Position numbers and translations under genes: made by a program. Under the pieces are notes generated by a model. It did not search any database, had not been told where the DNA came from, and worked only from the letters and a program-made list of their open reading frames with translations. From Chiloscyllium plagiosum (taxonomy: Eukaryota), in contig NC_057720.1 of assembly GCF_004010195.1 (NCBI RefSeq), positions 91,638,294-91,673,940 on the forward strand: a stretch of 35,647 bases of DNA. The letters are read 5' to 3'. This document shows, piece by piece, positions 11,170-23,457 of the stretch (position 1 is the stretch's first letter; every line of letters starts with the position of its first letter).

Positions 11170-14100
11170 TGGAGGGGCAGTAGGACATGGATGCAATTGT
11201 GCATCAGTCACTGAAGATGGCGGGATAGGTAGTTGTTCTGATGAGAGAACAGCTGATTAAAAGCAGATGCCATATCAACATGAGCCTAGAATACAGCGTG
11301 GATGTGAAAAGAATGCTTCCTTTTCAAGGAGAATATAAAACTAAAATAAGTTCCCTCATTGAAGACCGAGAAAAGCAGGGTTTTTTTCTTGCATAAGGTC
11401 ATAGGGCTTTGGAATTCTTCTTCAAACAGAGAAATGAAATCTCTGAATGTTTGTAGTGAAGAAGTAGATAGCCATTGCTTATCAAGAATCTATCGGAGTT
11501 AGGCAAGAATGTGGAATAATCAAGTCAGCCATGGGGAACAGGCTCAAGAGGATGAATCTCCTTCATCTGCCCCTAATTCATTTGATCATGTGGCCAGTTC
11601 CACCATTGAAAGATCAGCGCCTTGAAAGCTTGTGGTTTTCAATAAAGCAGCTGAAGTGGCTGCAGGTTTGCGTGGGCGCGAATGGAAGGGGACTTTACCC
11701 ATAATCCTCTGCAGCAGGGCAAGCGCTCTCTCGCCACTAGACGGCAGCTGCTTCATTGTCCCTGAACAGTAAAACATAAACTGGGGCCATGCTTGGAGCT
11801 AACCGACTCAATCTGTAGACACCCGTAGAGAGAGAGCACAGCTTCAGAAGCACCACAATGAAAATGTCCCGTGTGATAAGAAAAGTACTTTGATCTGACA
11901 TTTGTTTGTCTTCACAATGTGCTGTTTTGTTCATTCTGTGATACACATAGACAGTGTCAGTACTGAGTGACACAGTATATTTTCTCCTCTAGCCCCTTTC
12001 CAACACACCCTCTCAATCTTGCTTTACTCCTTCTTGACTCTTCTACAATTGCCCCAGTTCCCTCACTCCATCCCGATCCCAGAGGAATTAATGGCCGGAG
12101 TTCATGACACCATACTGTGTGAAGGTTGGTGTGAAGTGTGGCCAGTGTGTTGGAGCTTGGGCTCCTGCCTCAGGCCCAGGTGTAGGGGCCTGTACAACAA
12201 TCTGCATAGTGTCCTTTTTCTCTTTCTGATCGTACTGGAATTTTCAAGTTGCATTAACTTGCTGGCAACAAGGTGTCTTGTCTAAAATATTCCCAGCACT
12301 GGACAGATCTCTGCTTTGTTTTTTTTTCTCTCAGGAACCTGCTCTGTATTCAGTGCCTGTTATCATTAGTTTGTTGGAGTTCATATGTCAGCTGCTGCTT
12401 CCTTGCTATGGTACTGAAAAAAAATCATCAATGCCTCTTGAGATTTAAAATACTCTGTCTTCATGAAAGTGGTTGGCAGACTTTTTAACATCATTTAACA
12501 TTCCAATGATGTGAATGCATCAGTGTTGTGTCTGGCTGGGAGCATTTAACATCATGGTCCTTGTTTTTAATGGATCCTGACTCGTGGTGATACAGTTTGC
12601 AATATTTCTCTCCCCTTTCGTGTTATTAAGAAGCTTGCAAATGTGTTATGGTGAGGACAATGCAACTTCAACACTGTTTGACGGAGTGGGTGGCTGTTTG
12701 AATTCTTATCTCATTATCATCCAGCTTTCAAATAAAATGTTGTACTCTCTGAAATTAGATTGTACTCAGGTTTTATGTATATTGTGTTTTTATTTTATTT
12801 TTGGAATGCCAATTTGTCATAAAAATATTCTTTTCGGTTTTGTAGCTCAGTAGTTGTGTTTGTTCCCTGAGATACTAAGAGTTTACACAACCCTCCATTT
12901 GCCTGTGACCCAGTTGTTGGCTGAAACCTCTGGTTGTTCGATGAGTCCAAGCCATTGTCTTGCTCTCTGCAGTTATACCATCAACTTGGTTTCTCAGTGT
13001 GAGCCAGGAGACCACTGCGTGGTGACTTCCTGTTCCACTGTCGGTGTAAAGGCAGGTGGGAACTGTCAAAGTTAATCCCAACATGAACATCAGAACATTA
13101 TATTCAGCTGGAACAACATCCATTGACTCATTTCTTTGGCCGCCATTGCAGTAATGGAGGGGCAGTAGGACATGGATGCAATTGTGCATCAGTCACTGAA
13201 GATGGCGGGATAGGTAGTTGTTCTGATGAGAGAACAGCTGATTAAAAGCAGATGCCATATCAACATGAGCCTAGAATACAGCGTGGATGTGAAAAGAATG
13301 CTTCCTTTTCAAGGAGAATATAAAACTAAAATAAGTTCCCTCATTGAAGACCGAGAAAAGCAGGGTTTTTTTTCTTGCATAAGGTCATAGGGCTTTGGAA
13401 CTCTTCTTCAAACATAGAAATGAAATCTCTGAATGTTTGTAGTGAAGAAGTAGATAGCCATTGCTTATCAAGAATCTATCGGAGTTAGGCAAGAATGTGG
13501 AATAATCAAGTCAGCCATGGGGAACAAGCTCAAGAGGATGAATCTCCTTCATCTGCCCCTAATTCATTTGACCATGTGGCCAGTTCCACCATTGAAGGAT
13601 CAGCGCCTTGAAAGCTTGTGGTTTTCAATAAAGCAGCTGAAGTGGCTGCTGGTTTGTGTGGGCGCGAATGGAAGGGGACTTTACCCATAATCCTCTGCAG
13701 CAGGGCAAGCGCTCTCTCGCCACTAGAGGGCAGCTGCTTCATTGTCCCTGATCAGTAAAACATAAACTGGGGCCCTGCTTGGAGCTAACCGACTCAATCT
13801 GTAGACACCCATAGAGAGAGAGCACAGCTTCAGAAGCACCACAATGAAAATGTCCCGTGTGATAAGAAAAGTACTTTGATCTGACATTTGTTTGTCTTCA
13901 CAATGTGCTGTTATGTTCATTCTGTGATACACATAGACAGTGTCAGTACTGAGTGACACAAAGTATGTTTTCTCCTCTAGCCCCTTTCCAACACACCCTC
14001 TCAATCTTGCTTTACTCCTTATTGACTCTTCTACAATTGCCCCTGTTCCCTCACTCCATCCCGATCCCAGAGGAATTGATGGCCGGAGTTCATGACACCG

Positions 14101-15141
14101 CACTGTGTGAAGGTTGGTGTGAAGTGAGGCCAGTGTATTGGAGCTTGGGCTCCTGCCTCAGGCCCAGGTGTAGGGGCCTGTACAACAATTTGCATAGTGT
14201 CCTTTTTCTCTTTCTGATCGTACTGGAATTTTCAAGTTGCAGTAACTTGCTGGCAACAAGGTGTCTTGTCTAAAATATTCCCAGCACTGGACAGATCTCT
14301 GCTTTGTTTTTTTTCTCTCAGGAACCTGCTCTGTATTCAGTGCCTGTTATCATTAGTTTGTTGGAGTTCATATGTCAGCTGCTGCTTCCTTGCGATGGTA
14401 CTGAAAAAAAATCATCAATGCCTCTTGAAATTTAAAATACTCTGTCTTCATGAAAGTGGTTGGCAGACTTTTTAACATCATTTAACATTCCAATGATGTG
14501 AATGCATCAGTGTTGCGTCTGGCTAGGAGCATTTAACATCATGGTCCTTGTTTTTAATGGATCCTGACTCGTGGTGATACAGTTTGCAATGTTTCTCTCC
14601 CCTTTCGTGTTATTAAGAAGCTTGCAAATGTGTTATGGTGAGGACAATGCAACTTCAACACCATTTGACGGAGTGGGTGGCTGTTTGAATTCTTATCTCA
14701 TTATCATCCAGCTTTCAAATAAAATGCTGTACTCTCTGAAATTAGATTGTACTCAGGTTTTATGTATATTGTGTTTTTATTTTATTTTTGGAATGCCAAT
14801 TTGTCATAAAAATATCCTGTTCAGTTTTGTAGCTCAGTAGTTGTGTTTGTTCCCTGAGATACTAAGAGTTTACACAACACTCCATTTGCCTGTGACCCAG
14901 TTGTTGGCTGAAGCCTCTGGTTGTTCGGTGAGTCCAAGCCATTGTCTTGCTCTCTGCAGTTATACCATCAACTTGGTTTCTCAGTGTGAGCCAGGAGACC
15001 ACTGCGTGGTGACTTCCTGTTTCACTGTCGGTGTAAAGGCAAGTGGGAACTGTCAAGGTTAATCCCAACATGAACATCAGAACATTATATTCAGCTGGAA
15101 CAACATCCATTGACTCATTTCTTTGGCCGCCATTGCAGTAA
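11170..15141. repeat. Two-copy ~1.99-kb tandem duplication
   Basis: Units 11170-13154 and 13155-15141, near identical with scattered substitutions; the left breakpoint lies inside a CR1 fragment (~10960-11560). Confidence 0.95.
13720..13733 (+). promoter_or_regulatory. Candidate CTCF binding site CCACTAGAGGGCAG
   Basis: Matches the CTCF core CCASYAGRKGGC; the duplicate at 11734-11747 reads CCACTAGACGGCAG. Confidence 0.65.
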
Positions 15142-16194
15142 AAACAAATCTCTCCCTTTGCCAGCACAAAGAGAAAGTGTCGGTCAGATTCCCTGGTGTG
15201 TGATGGTTTAGCCCAAAAGGAGCAGCCCTGGTAGATCATGCTGTATCAGCCTGGACAGAATCCCCTGGGCAAACTCCAAATGAAAGCATGACCTTTAGTA
15301 GATCTGCTGCTACACAAAATATGGAATTGGAATCCTTGTTCCCGAATCACCTCATCAAACCTAAATACAATTGAGAAAATATAAACCAAATCCATTTCCC
15401 AAGGACATATGTCACAACAAGAAAGTGGGGAGCAGACAGCTACTGTTCGCCTGTCTCTGGGGAGCGTCGCTTTTCCTGTCTCCGCTCTCTTTGTGGGATA
15501 TCATTTTTACCATCCTTTCTGTCTGAGAATACTACTGTTCCTGTCCCCACTCTCTTGGGGACAGGTTGGGGATGTCACACCCAACCAGATTGTTCATTCC
15601 ATTTACTCTCATGAAATGTGTAATCCCTGCTTAACTATGTGTGTGAGCCATGTGTGAAAGCCCTGCACAGCTAACGCTTCACTTCAATCAGATCACAGGG
15701 TCTGAGTTTGGTCTGTACTATCTGGACCCAGACAAAAACACTGACTGACTGGATCACGATCAAGATAACCCAAATCAAATCCCAATGAGACTGCTGTTGA
15801 CCTTCACCCTCAAAGCCTACTGAGGAGGTGGTCATTAATCCCAGTGTTGTCAAAGATTAAGTTCTCCCAGAGATTCATGATTCATTCTAGATTTAGCACA
15901 AGTGTGTGATGTTGTCAGGTGACAGCTGGGAAGACATGGAGATAAAATATAAAAGCAGAGAGAATTATATTTATGCTATACGTTTCTTGAACTTAGGATG
16001 TTTGGAAATGTTTTACAGTAAATGAAATACTTCCAAAGTCCAGACATTGTTGTGATATGGGAACTGGTACAGCCTGGGCAAGGCACATCATTTGGCAGCA
16101 CCACCCAGAGACTGGAGGCAGCTCTGCTGTGAGGGAAGGACACTGAAGCACACAAGGACATGGGAAATAGGAGCAGGAGAAAGCCTCCACTTGC

Positions 16195-16512
16195 TGTCCA
16201 TCCTTTCTTAAATATAGGGACCAAGATTGCACACAATACTCCAAATGCAGGCTCACTAACACCCTCAATAGTTTTAACAGGATTTCTCTACTTTAAAATT
16301 CCAACCCCCAGCAATAAAGGTGAAAATTCCATTCGCCTTCTCGATTACCTGCTGCTCCTGCACTAACTTTCTGTGTTTCATGCACAAAACTACCTAGATC
16401 ACTCTGTACTGCACTTTGTTGGAATCTCTCAGTCTTTAAATAATAGTCAGCCTTTAGATTATTCCGACCCAAGTTCATGGTCTCACACTTTCTGACATTA
16501 AATTCCATCCAC
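16195..16512 (-). mobile_element. CR1-like LINE RT fragment
   Basis: MEFNVRKCETMNLGRNN and VSLHLEYCVQSWSLYLRKD. Confidence 0.8.
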
Positions 16513-16599
16513 TGTGTATTAGTGTTTCATTTCCAGTTTGGTCTTCTCTTTGTGATTGACTGTCTCAATGCATCTGTCTGTAGCATGCCCCATTCCCAT

Positions 16600-19260
16600 T
16601 TGTTGATGGCCCTGACACTTGATGATCTAACCCTTTCCTGCTGGTTCCATTCAATGACAGGCAGGAGGCTGGAAGAACACAGCAAGTCAGGCAGCATCAG
16701 GTGGTGGAGAAGTTGATGTTTTGGGTGTAACCCTTCTTCAGGAATGGGGTTAGGTGTAGAGGAAGCTGCAGATAAAGGGGATAGTAGGGACAGGATGATG
16801 AAGTGGGGATTGGTGATGACAGGTAGATGGTACAACTTGGTTGGTCAATGGGAGGAATAAATCTGTTAGGTGGAAGGGAGGGAGAGGAGTTGGGAAGGGA
16901 GTAGGGGGAAGAGAAGTGTGGTTATTTGAAATTGGAGAACTTAATGTTAAGTTATCTGGGCTCTAGGCTGCCAGACGGAGATGAGGTATTGTCCCTCCAA
17001 TATGTGGTTTTGTTCATTCTGGCAATGGAGGAGGCTGATGATGGTCATGCCGGAAAGAGAATGGGAAGAGGAATTGAAATGGGCAGTGACTGAGAGGTCT
17101 GGTTGGCCCCTGCAGGCCTGGCTGAGATGCTCGGTGAAACATTCCCTAAGTTTATAGTTGGTCTTCCCAATGTAGAGAAGACCACATCGGGGACACCTGA
17201 TGCAGTGAACGAGGTTGGAGGAGAGGCAGGTGAACCTCTGTCTCACCTGGAAGGACTGTTTGGGGCCCTGGATGGAGGGGAGGGATTGGTGTACCAGCAG
17301 GCTTTTCATCTTTTGGTGTTGCAGGGGAAGGTTCCTGGGGGTTCGGGAGGGTAGGAGGGCAAGTGGCACAAACCAAGAATTATCAAAGGGAACTGTCCTT
17401 GGGGAAGGCAGCCAGGGGTGGGGAGACGAAGATGTTCTTGGTGGTGTGGTCTAGTTGGAGTTGGTGGAAGTGTTTAAGGATGATGCGTTAATTGGTACAG
17501 GGATTGGTAATAGTTGAGGACAATGTGGACTCTGACTTTATTGTGTTTGGAGGGGGGTGGGTTTAGAGCAATGGAACGGAAAATGGAGGTGGTGCAGTGG
17601 ATGACAGCAGGATCAGAAGGAGGAAAAGCATGTTGTTCATAAGAGGTGGACATTTGTGATCAGCGAAACGTCTCCTCATCCGAGCAGATGGAGTGGAAGC
17701 AGAGGAATTGGGAGAATGGGATGGAGTTCTTGCAGGATACTGTTTGGGAGAAGGTGTTGTCCAGGTAGTAATGGGAGTCTGTGGGTTTGTAGTAAATGCC
17801 TGTTTGAAGATTATCATCAAAATTGGAAATAGAGAGGTGAAGAAAGGGCAGGGAGGTGTCTGAGATGGATGAAGGTGAATTTGAGGACAGGGTGGAAGTT
17901 GTGGGGAAAGTCAATGAACTGCTTCAGTTCAGCCTGGCTGCAGGATGCTGCACTGATGTAGTCACTAATGTAATGGCAGAAGAATTGGGACACAGTGCCT
18001 GTATAGTCACTGAAGAGGGACTGGTCGACATAGCTCAACCGGGTGCCCATGACCACCCCTGGACCAGTTTGGCAAGGCGGAGGAGGGTATTGGTGGAGGG
18101 GGACTGGATGGGTTTGTTGCAGAGAAAAAGGTGTTGGGCCTGGAGGCCATCCTTGTGGGGTATGAACATATATAACATACATCCATAATAGAGATAAAGC
18201 ACTTAGGGCTGGGGAACTGGAGGTTACTGAAGAGGTGGAGGGCATGGTTGGTGTAGCGGATGTAGGTGGGCAGTGCCTGAACCAAGGAGGAGAGTTGAGG
18301 TAGGATGAGAGGAGATCGGTGGGGCAGGGGCATGCTGAGACGATGGGTCAGCCGGGTAGTTGGGCTTGTGGATTTTGGGGAGCAGGTAGAACTGGGCAAT
18401 GCAGGGCTGGGGGACTATGAGAGACAGTGGAGGGGAGATCCCTGGAGGCAATTGGGGCATTGACAGTGCGAGTGATTTTAGCCTGATGGGTCACGGTGGG
18501 GTTATGGGCAAGGGGGAAGTAGGACATGGTGTCTGAGAGTTGGGGTTTGGCCTCTGTGACATTTAGGTCTGTTCTCCAGACTAACACCACCCCACATTTG
18601 TCAGCGGGTTTGTTGGTGAACCAGGGGTTGACACAGAGAGAGTAGAGTGCTCGATCGGAGGGGGTGTGGTTGGAGTGGGTGAGGGGAGAAATTGAGGCGG
18701 CTGATGGCACATCAACAGTCAACAATGATGAGGTCTCGAATGTATAAACAGCTGGTGGTGGGGGTGGGTGGTGACCAAATGGAGGAGGAAGGTTGGAGGT
18801 GGGAGAAGGGGTCCTCAAAGGGAATTTGGGAGTTTTTGTTAAAGAAGAAGACATGGAAGTCGAGGTGGTGGAACAAGAGCTCTGTGTCATGGTGAGTGTG
18901 GATTTTGTTGAGATGGGGTTGGGCGGGAATGACTGTGAGCCCTTTCCTGAGGATGGACCTTTTGGCCTCAGAGAGTTCGAGGTCGGGGGTATAGTAAATA
19001 TGGGGCAAGGCTCAGGGGTGAGGTTTTTGAGGGGGACCAAGTTGGCTGAAGGAGGGGAGGGGGGAAGGGTGATGGCATGTGGTGGGTGAGGGTTGGTTGT
19101 GGTGTAGCACAGGGGAATGGGTGTGGTAGAGAAAGGAGATTGGGACGGAGGTGGGTTGTGGAGTGAGGTGGGGGAGTGGGAAGATGGGGATGAGGTGAAG
19201 AGGGAGAAGTGGAGGGATAGGGTGCACTGTGGGGGTGGATGTGTGAGGAGGGAGAGCGAA
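16600..19260 (-). mobile_element. Degenerate Penelope-like retroelement (RT plus GIY-YIG endonuclease)
   Basis: QRFTCLSSNLVHCIRCPRCGLLYIGKT...ECFTEHL (GIY-YIG); FYLLPKIHKP, GVVMGT and GIYYKPTDSHYYLD RT motifs across frameshifts. Confidence 0.88.
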
Positions 19261-19397
19261 TGTGCTGGCTGGCTGCAGTTGGGCAGTTGGACTCAGGGTG
19301 ACTCAGGGAAATGCAGTCTGAGTCTTGGTTGCAGAGTGGGTGGGGCCAGAGGTGGAGGCAGAGGCTGGAGCGAAGTCAAGGCCGGCCCGAGTGTTTT

Positions 19398-19695
19398 GTC
19401 CCGGGTTCAATTCCAGCCTCAAGCAACTGTCTGTGTGGAGTTTGCACATTCTCCAATTGTCTGCACAGGTTTCCTCTGGATGCTCTAGTTTCGTCCCACA
19501 ATCTAAAGTGGTGCGAGTTAGGTGAATTGGCTGTGCTAAGTTGCCCATAGGGATCAGGGATGTGTAGATTAGGTTCATTAGTCAGGGCAAAAGTAGAGTA
19601 ATGGGATAGGGGATTGGGTCTTGGGTGGGTTACTCTTCCAAGGGTCAGTGTGGACTTGTTGGGCCAAATGGCCTGTATCCTCACAGTAGGGATTT
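19398..19695 (+). mobile_element. HE1-like tRNA-derived SINE (5' truncated)
   Basis: B-box-like gggttcaattcc, body gtctgtgtggagtttgcacattctcc, LINE-type tail gggccaaatggcctgt. Confidence 0.75.
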
Positions 19696-19827
19696 TATGA
19701 CAGTTCATTCCAGATTCCCACCACCCGCTGAGTGAAAACAGTCTTCCCCAAATCTTATTTGCGGCGTCCATGATGAAATCGTTCAAACCATTCATTTTGT
19801 CTAGTGCCATTTAGCTCTTGAGCTCCT

Positions 19828-20920
19828 TGTTTAATAAATGTTTTATTCTTTTTTGATAAAATATGAGTTCCCTGACAGGGACAGTTAACTTTGTCCAGTC
19901 AGGGAGTCCTGGCTGACAGATAAAAAGAGGAGTGTCTTAATCCCTACCCTCCCCTTCACTGTTTGATCGCACAGCATTGCCCTTTGCGGTGAAGGGCACT
20001 GCTTGTCACTGGCCACCCGGGTGTTTTCCTATCTTCCTGGTGGTGGAAATCGAATAAAGATTCATACACCTTGTGTCTCTCACTGTGTCTCACACCTGCA
20101 TACACACACCATGGGTGCTGGGGAAAAAAATAATTAGCAGTACCGCAGTTAGGTGGTAGTGTGGGGGAAAAACAAAAAAAAGGTAAACAGGGAATTATCA
20201 CACAGATTTGCTCTTTGATGTGAAGGGCACTGGTTGTCACTGGCCACTCGGGTGTTTTCCTTTTGAGAGATCGATCAGTGTGAGTGTGTGAGTACAAGTG
20301 AAAGGACTCTCCTCCTTGAAGGGGTCTGAGAGGAAGGGGACTGTCCCTGGACCAGCTGACCCACAAAAAGAAGAAAAAAAAGAGGAGTGTCTTAATCCCT
20401 GCTCTCCCCTTCACTGTTTGATCACACAGCATTGCCCTTTGATGTGAAGGGCACTGCTTGTCACTGGTCACTCGGGTGTTTTCCTTTCTTCCTGGTGGTG
20501 GAAATAGAATAAAGATTCGTGCACCTTGCATCTCTCACTGTGTCCCACACCTGCACACACACACACAACATGGGTGCTGGGGAAGAATAAGCACTACTGC
20601 AGTTAGGCGGTAGTGTGGGGGTGAAAAAAACAGACATGTCAGGGGTTCTGATCATTCTGAGAGCTGGCTCTGAGGGAGCTAGATCAGTGTATATGACTCT
20701 CCACATGTAAGTAAGAAAAAAAAAGAAAATTAAAAAAGGAGAAAAAAAGAGGAGTGTCAGAAGGACTGATACTCTGGGGGTTCTGATCATTCTGAGAGCT
20801 GGCTCTGAGGGAGCTAGATCAGTGTATATGACTCTCCACATGTAAGTAAGAAAAAATGAAAAAAAAATAAAATTAAAAAAGGAGAAAAAAAGAGGAGTGT
20901 CAGAAGGACTGATACTCTGG
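19828..20920. repeat. Complex nested repeat: LTR-like sequence with ~456-bp and ~135-bp tandem subunits
   Basis: aagaggagtgtc recurs near 19925, 20380, 20748 and 20890; 19925-20180 resembles 20381-20630; 20642-20776 resembles 20777-20918. Confidence 0.7.
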
Positions 20921-21759
20921 TACCTGACTCTGAATAACAACCTGCCAACCATCCCCCTCCTTCTGTCACCCTCAATCTCCCCATGCTTACTCTTGTTTCA
21001 CNNNNNNNNNNNNTCCCTCCATCACCCAGGAACGTGGCCATCATCCCAGAGCAATCGCACTTTTAACCTGAGGGTCATCACAGCTGAGGCAGGGGGAGAG
21101 AAGGTGGCACCTTCATGGTGGTCATACCTGTCATTAATCCACTGCAACCTCTCTTGGGGCTGCAAGAATTCAACCTCCCTCACTCAGACAGCTCCCCTCC
21201 CTGGAAGGTAATATTGCTGCACCTAGTTTTGAGTTAATTAACCACTGAAATATGATTATGGGGACTCAGCATTGGTTGGGCAGGCAGCCACGATTGACCC
21301 TGGATCCAGAAAGTCCCCTTGTAAGTGGGCAACACATTAGGGAGTACAGTCTAGATTAGAGTAGTACTAGAAAAGCACAGCAGGTCAGGCAGCATCTGAG
21401 GCGCAGGAAAATCGACATTTCTGCATTAGGGAGCACAGTGCCCACTGCCTCTGAAATCCCTCACTTACCGAGACTACACTCTCAGTATTCACCTTTTTCA
21501 GCTGTCATCTCAACTTACTATAAATTCTGTGTCCAATAATCCTGCCCTCCAGCTACCTGATGAAGGAACAGCGCTCCATAAGCTTCTACTTCCAAATAAA
21601 CCTGTTTGACTATAACCTGGTGTTGTGTGATTTTTAACTTTGGCCATCTGAATGAGCTGCCATCTCAGACTGAATCAGATGAACCGTTTTTCATTCATGA
21701 TTTGAGAAGATTAAAGCCTAATCTTCAACCCCCAGCACAAAGCCCGTTCTCAATCCATC

Positions 21760-22045
21760 GCTCGGAGACACATACCTCAGAGAGACACCTCCAGACAGCA
21801 CAGAGTAACACATACGCACTGAGAGAGATACCTACAGGCAGCACTAAGTAACACATGCACTTTGAGAAATAGGCAGCACTGAGTAACATGGTCACACTCC
21901 ATGCTGCCTGCAGGTCTCTCCGAATGTGGGTGCGTTACTGAGCGCTGCCTGTAGGTGTCTCTCTGAATAACATTCCCACACTCAGAGAGACACCTACAGG
22001 CAGTATTAAGTTAAACGCTCACACTCATCGAGGCACTCAGCCAAC
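21760..22045. repeat. ~42-bp minisatellite with direct and inverted copies
   Basis: Unit resembles cactcagagagacacctacaggcagcactgagtaacacatg; inverted copies at 21901-21966. Confidence 0.8.
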
Positions 22046-22382
22046 ACTGTCTGTGATTGGTCGAAGATTATTTCAGGGGCGAACCGACATGCAGCAGAGA
22101 TTGCACAGTTCGATCCCATCAGTTGGGCATGGACCAACAAAGTGAAGAGGGAATACATCAGATTGTACTTATTGAGTCCTAACAATTTTCAGTTTCTGTT
22201 CTTTTTGGAATCTACATAAATTCCTGATTAAAGGGATCATTTGAAAATTATTGATGATTGAAATTGATTGACAGGCCAAGTAACTGTGATAATGACTTGC
22301 TGAAATTCAGCCAATCAACTGAGGTGGGGGGTGGAGGTCGTCTATTTCCAAAGCACACAGAGACAGAGACTGAATCTTCACC

Positions 22383-22388
22383 TTTATT
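22383..22388 (-). terminator. Polyadenylation signal AATAAA of the C gene
   Basis: TTTATT on +, about 500 nt past the distal stop, followed on - by a GU/U-rich tract (gtctctgtctctgtgtgctttgg). Confidence 0.7.
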
Positions 22389-22829
22389 CCCTTTTCCACA
22401 TTCACATTGACAGAAAAAAGCAACTGCAATTAACAGCCCAGACAGAGGAAGCTGCTCAAATTCACAGCCACAATGGAGCTTGAGGAAAACACTTGGAGAG
22501 ATTTTCTCAATAACATGAGAATCCTGTCCCTTAAATCAGTGATAAAACCTTAAATTGGAACTGGCAGCTGAGCAGGAAGGAGATCTGGTTTACTGAAGCA
22601 GAGACTTCTAAGGTTCACATTGGTTTGTACAGCTGACATCACAAGTCAATCCTGTCCCTACCAAACACTCCCAGGACAAGGACAGTGTGAGGTTTGACAC
22701 AGTGTAAAGCTCTCTTGCCGCTATCCCAATGACCTGCTTTAACATCCAAACCTCAGAAGTTTCTCTGAGCAATCCTGAGAAGGAAGAGAGTTGAAATTCA
22801 GTGCTGACAATGACCTTTGTCCTGCCAGC

Positions 22830-23322
22830 TCAGCCCTGTTCTATTTAAAGTTGTGTCTCCTCTGTGGACTGTCTCAAAACTCTACACACATTCTGATCTC
22901 CTGATGCTCTTGCTGAGGGGAGAGGGGAGGGTCACGTGGGTGAGGGCACAGGAGAAGCGAGCGTTGGACTCCCAGTCAGACCCAGAGAGGGTCAGCAGGC
23001 TACTGACACTGTAGGTGCTGTCCGAAGCTCGCAGGTAGTTGCTGGTCTGAACCCCGTCCGAAATGACAGCACCGTTCAGCCCTGTTCTGTTTAAAGTTGT
23101 GTCTCCTCTGTGGACTGTCTCCAACACTCTGCACACATTCTGATCTCCTGATGCTCTTGCTGAGGGGAGAGGGGAGGGTCACGTGGGTGAGGGCACAGGA
23201 GAAGCGAGCGTTGGACTCCCAGTCAGACCCAGAGAGGGTCAGCAGGCTGCTGGCACTGTAGGTGCTGTCCGAAGCTCGCAGGTAGTTGCTGGTCTGAACC
23301 CCGTCCGAAATGACTGCACCGT
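22830..23322 (-). repeat. Tandem duplication (246/247 bp) of the 3' part of the C exon plus the start of the 3'UTR
   Basis: Units 23076-23322 and 22830-23075; the distal copy encodes GAVISDGVQ...SECV with the intact TAG at 22884-22882. Confidence 0.95.
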
Positions 23323-23457
23323 CCTTCTTCCACTGCACCTCCAGCTCATCGGGATAGAAGTGATTGGCAAGGCACACCAGGGTGGCAGTGCCCTTGGCAT
23401 TGACCTGCTCCGGGGAAGGGGGCAGCAGGGTCAGCTTGGGCTGAGAGTTCTCACGGC
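23000..23457 (-). CDS. IGKC: Ig kappa-type light chain constant exon (C1-set) with a 43-aa read-through extension
   Basis: Acceptor tcttgtctttcag|GC; RENSQPKLTLLPPSPEQVNAKGTATLVCLANHFYPDELEVQWKKDG...FSCALTHVTLPSPLSKSIRRSECV; the normal stop position reads CAG (23131-23129) and the frame ends at TAG 23002-23000. Confidence 0.93.

Noticed and set aside
11586-15239. Duplicated short ORFs as a two-copy gene
   Set aside because: Similarity is explained by the recent tandem duplication; no motifs and frequent stops
21760-22045. CRISPR-like repeat array
   Set aside because: Vertebrate DNA; units are contiguous and degenerate with no unique spacers, so a minisatellite
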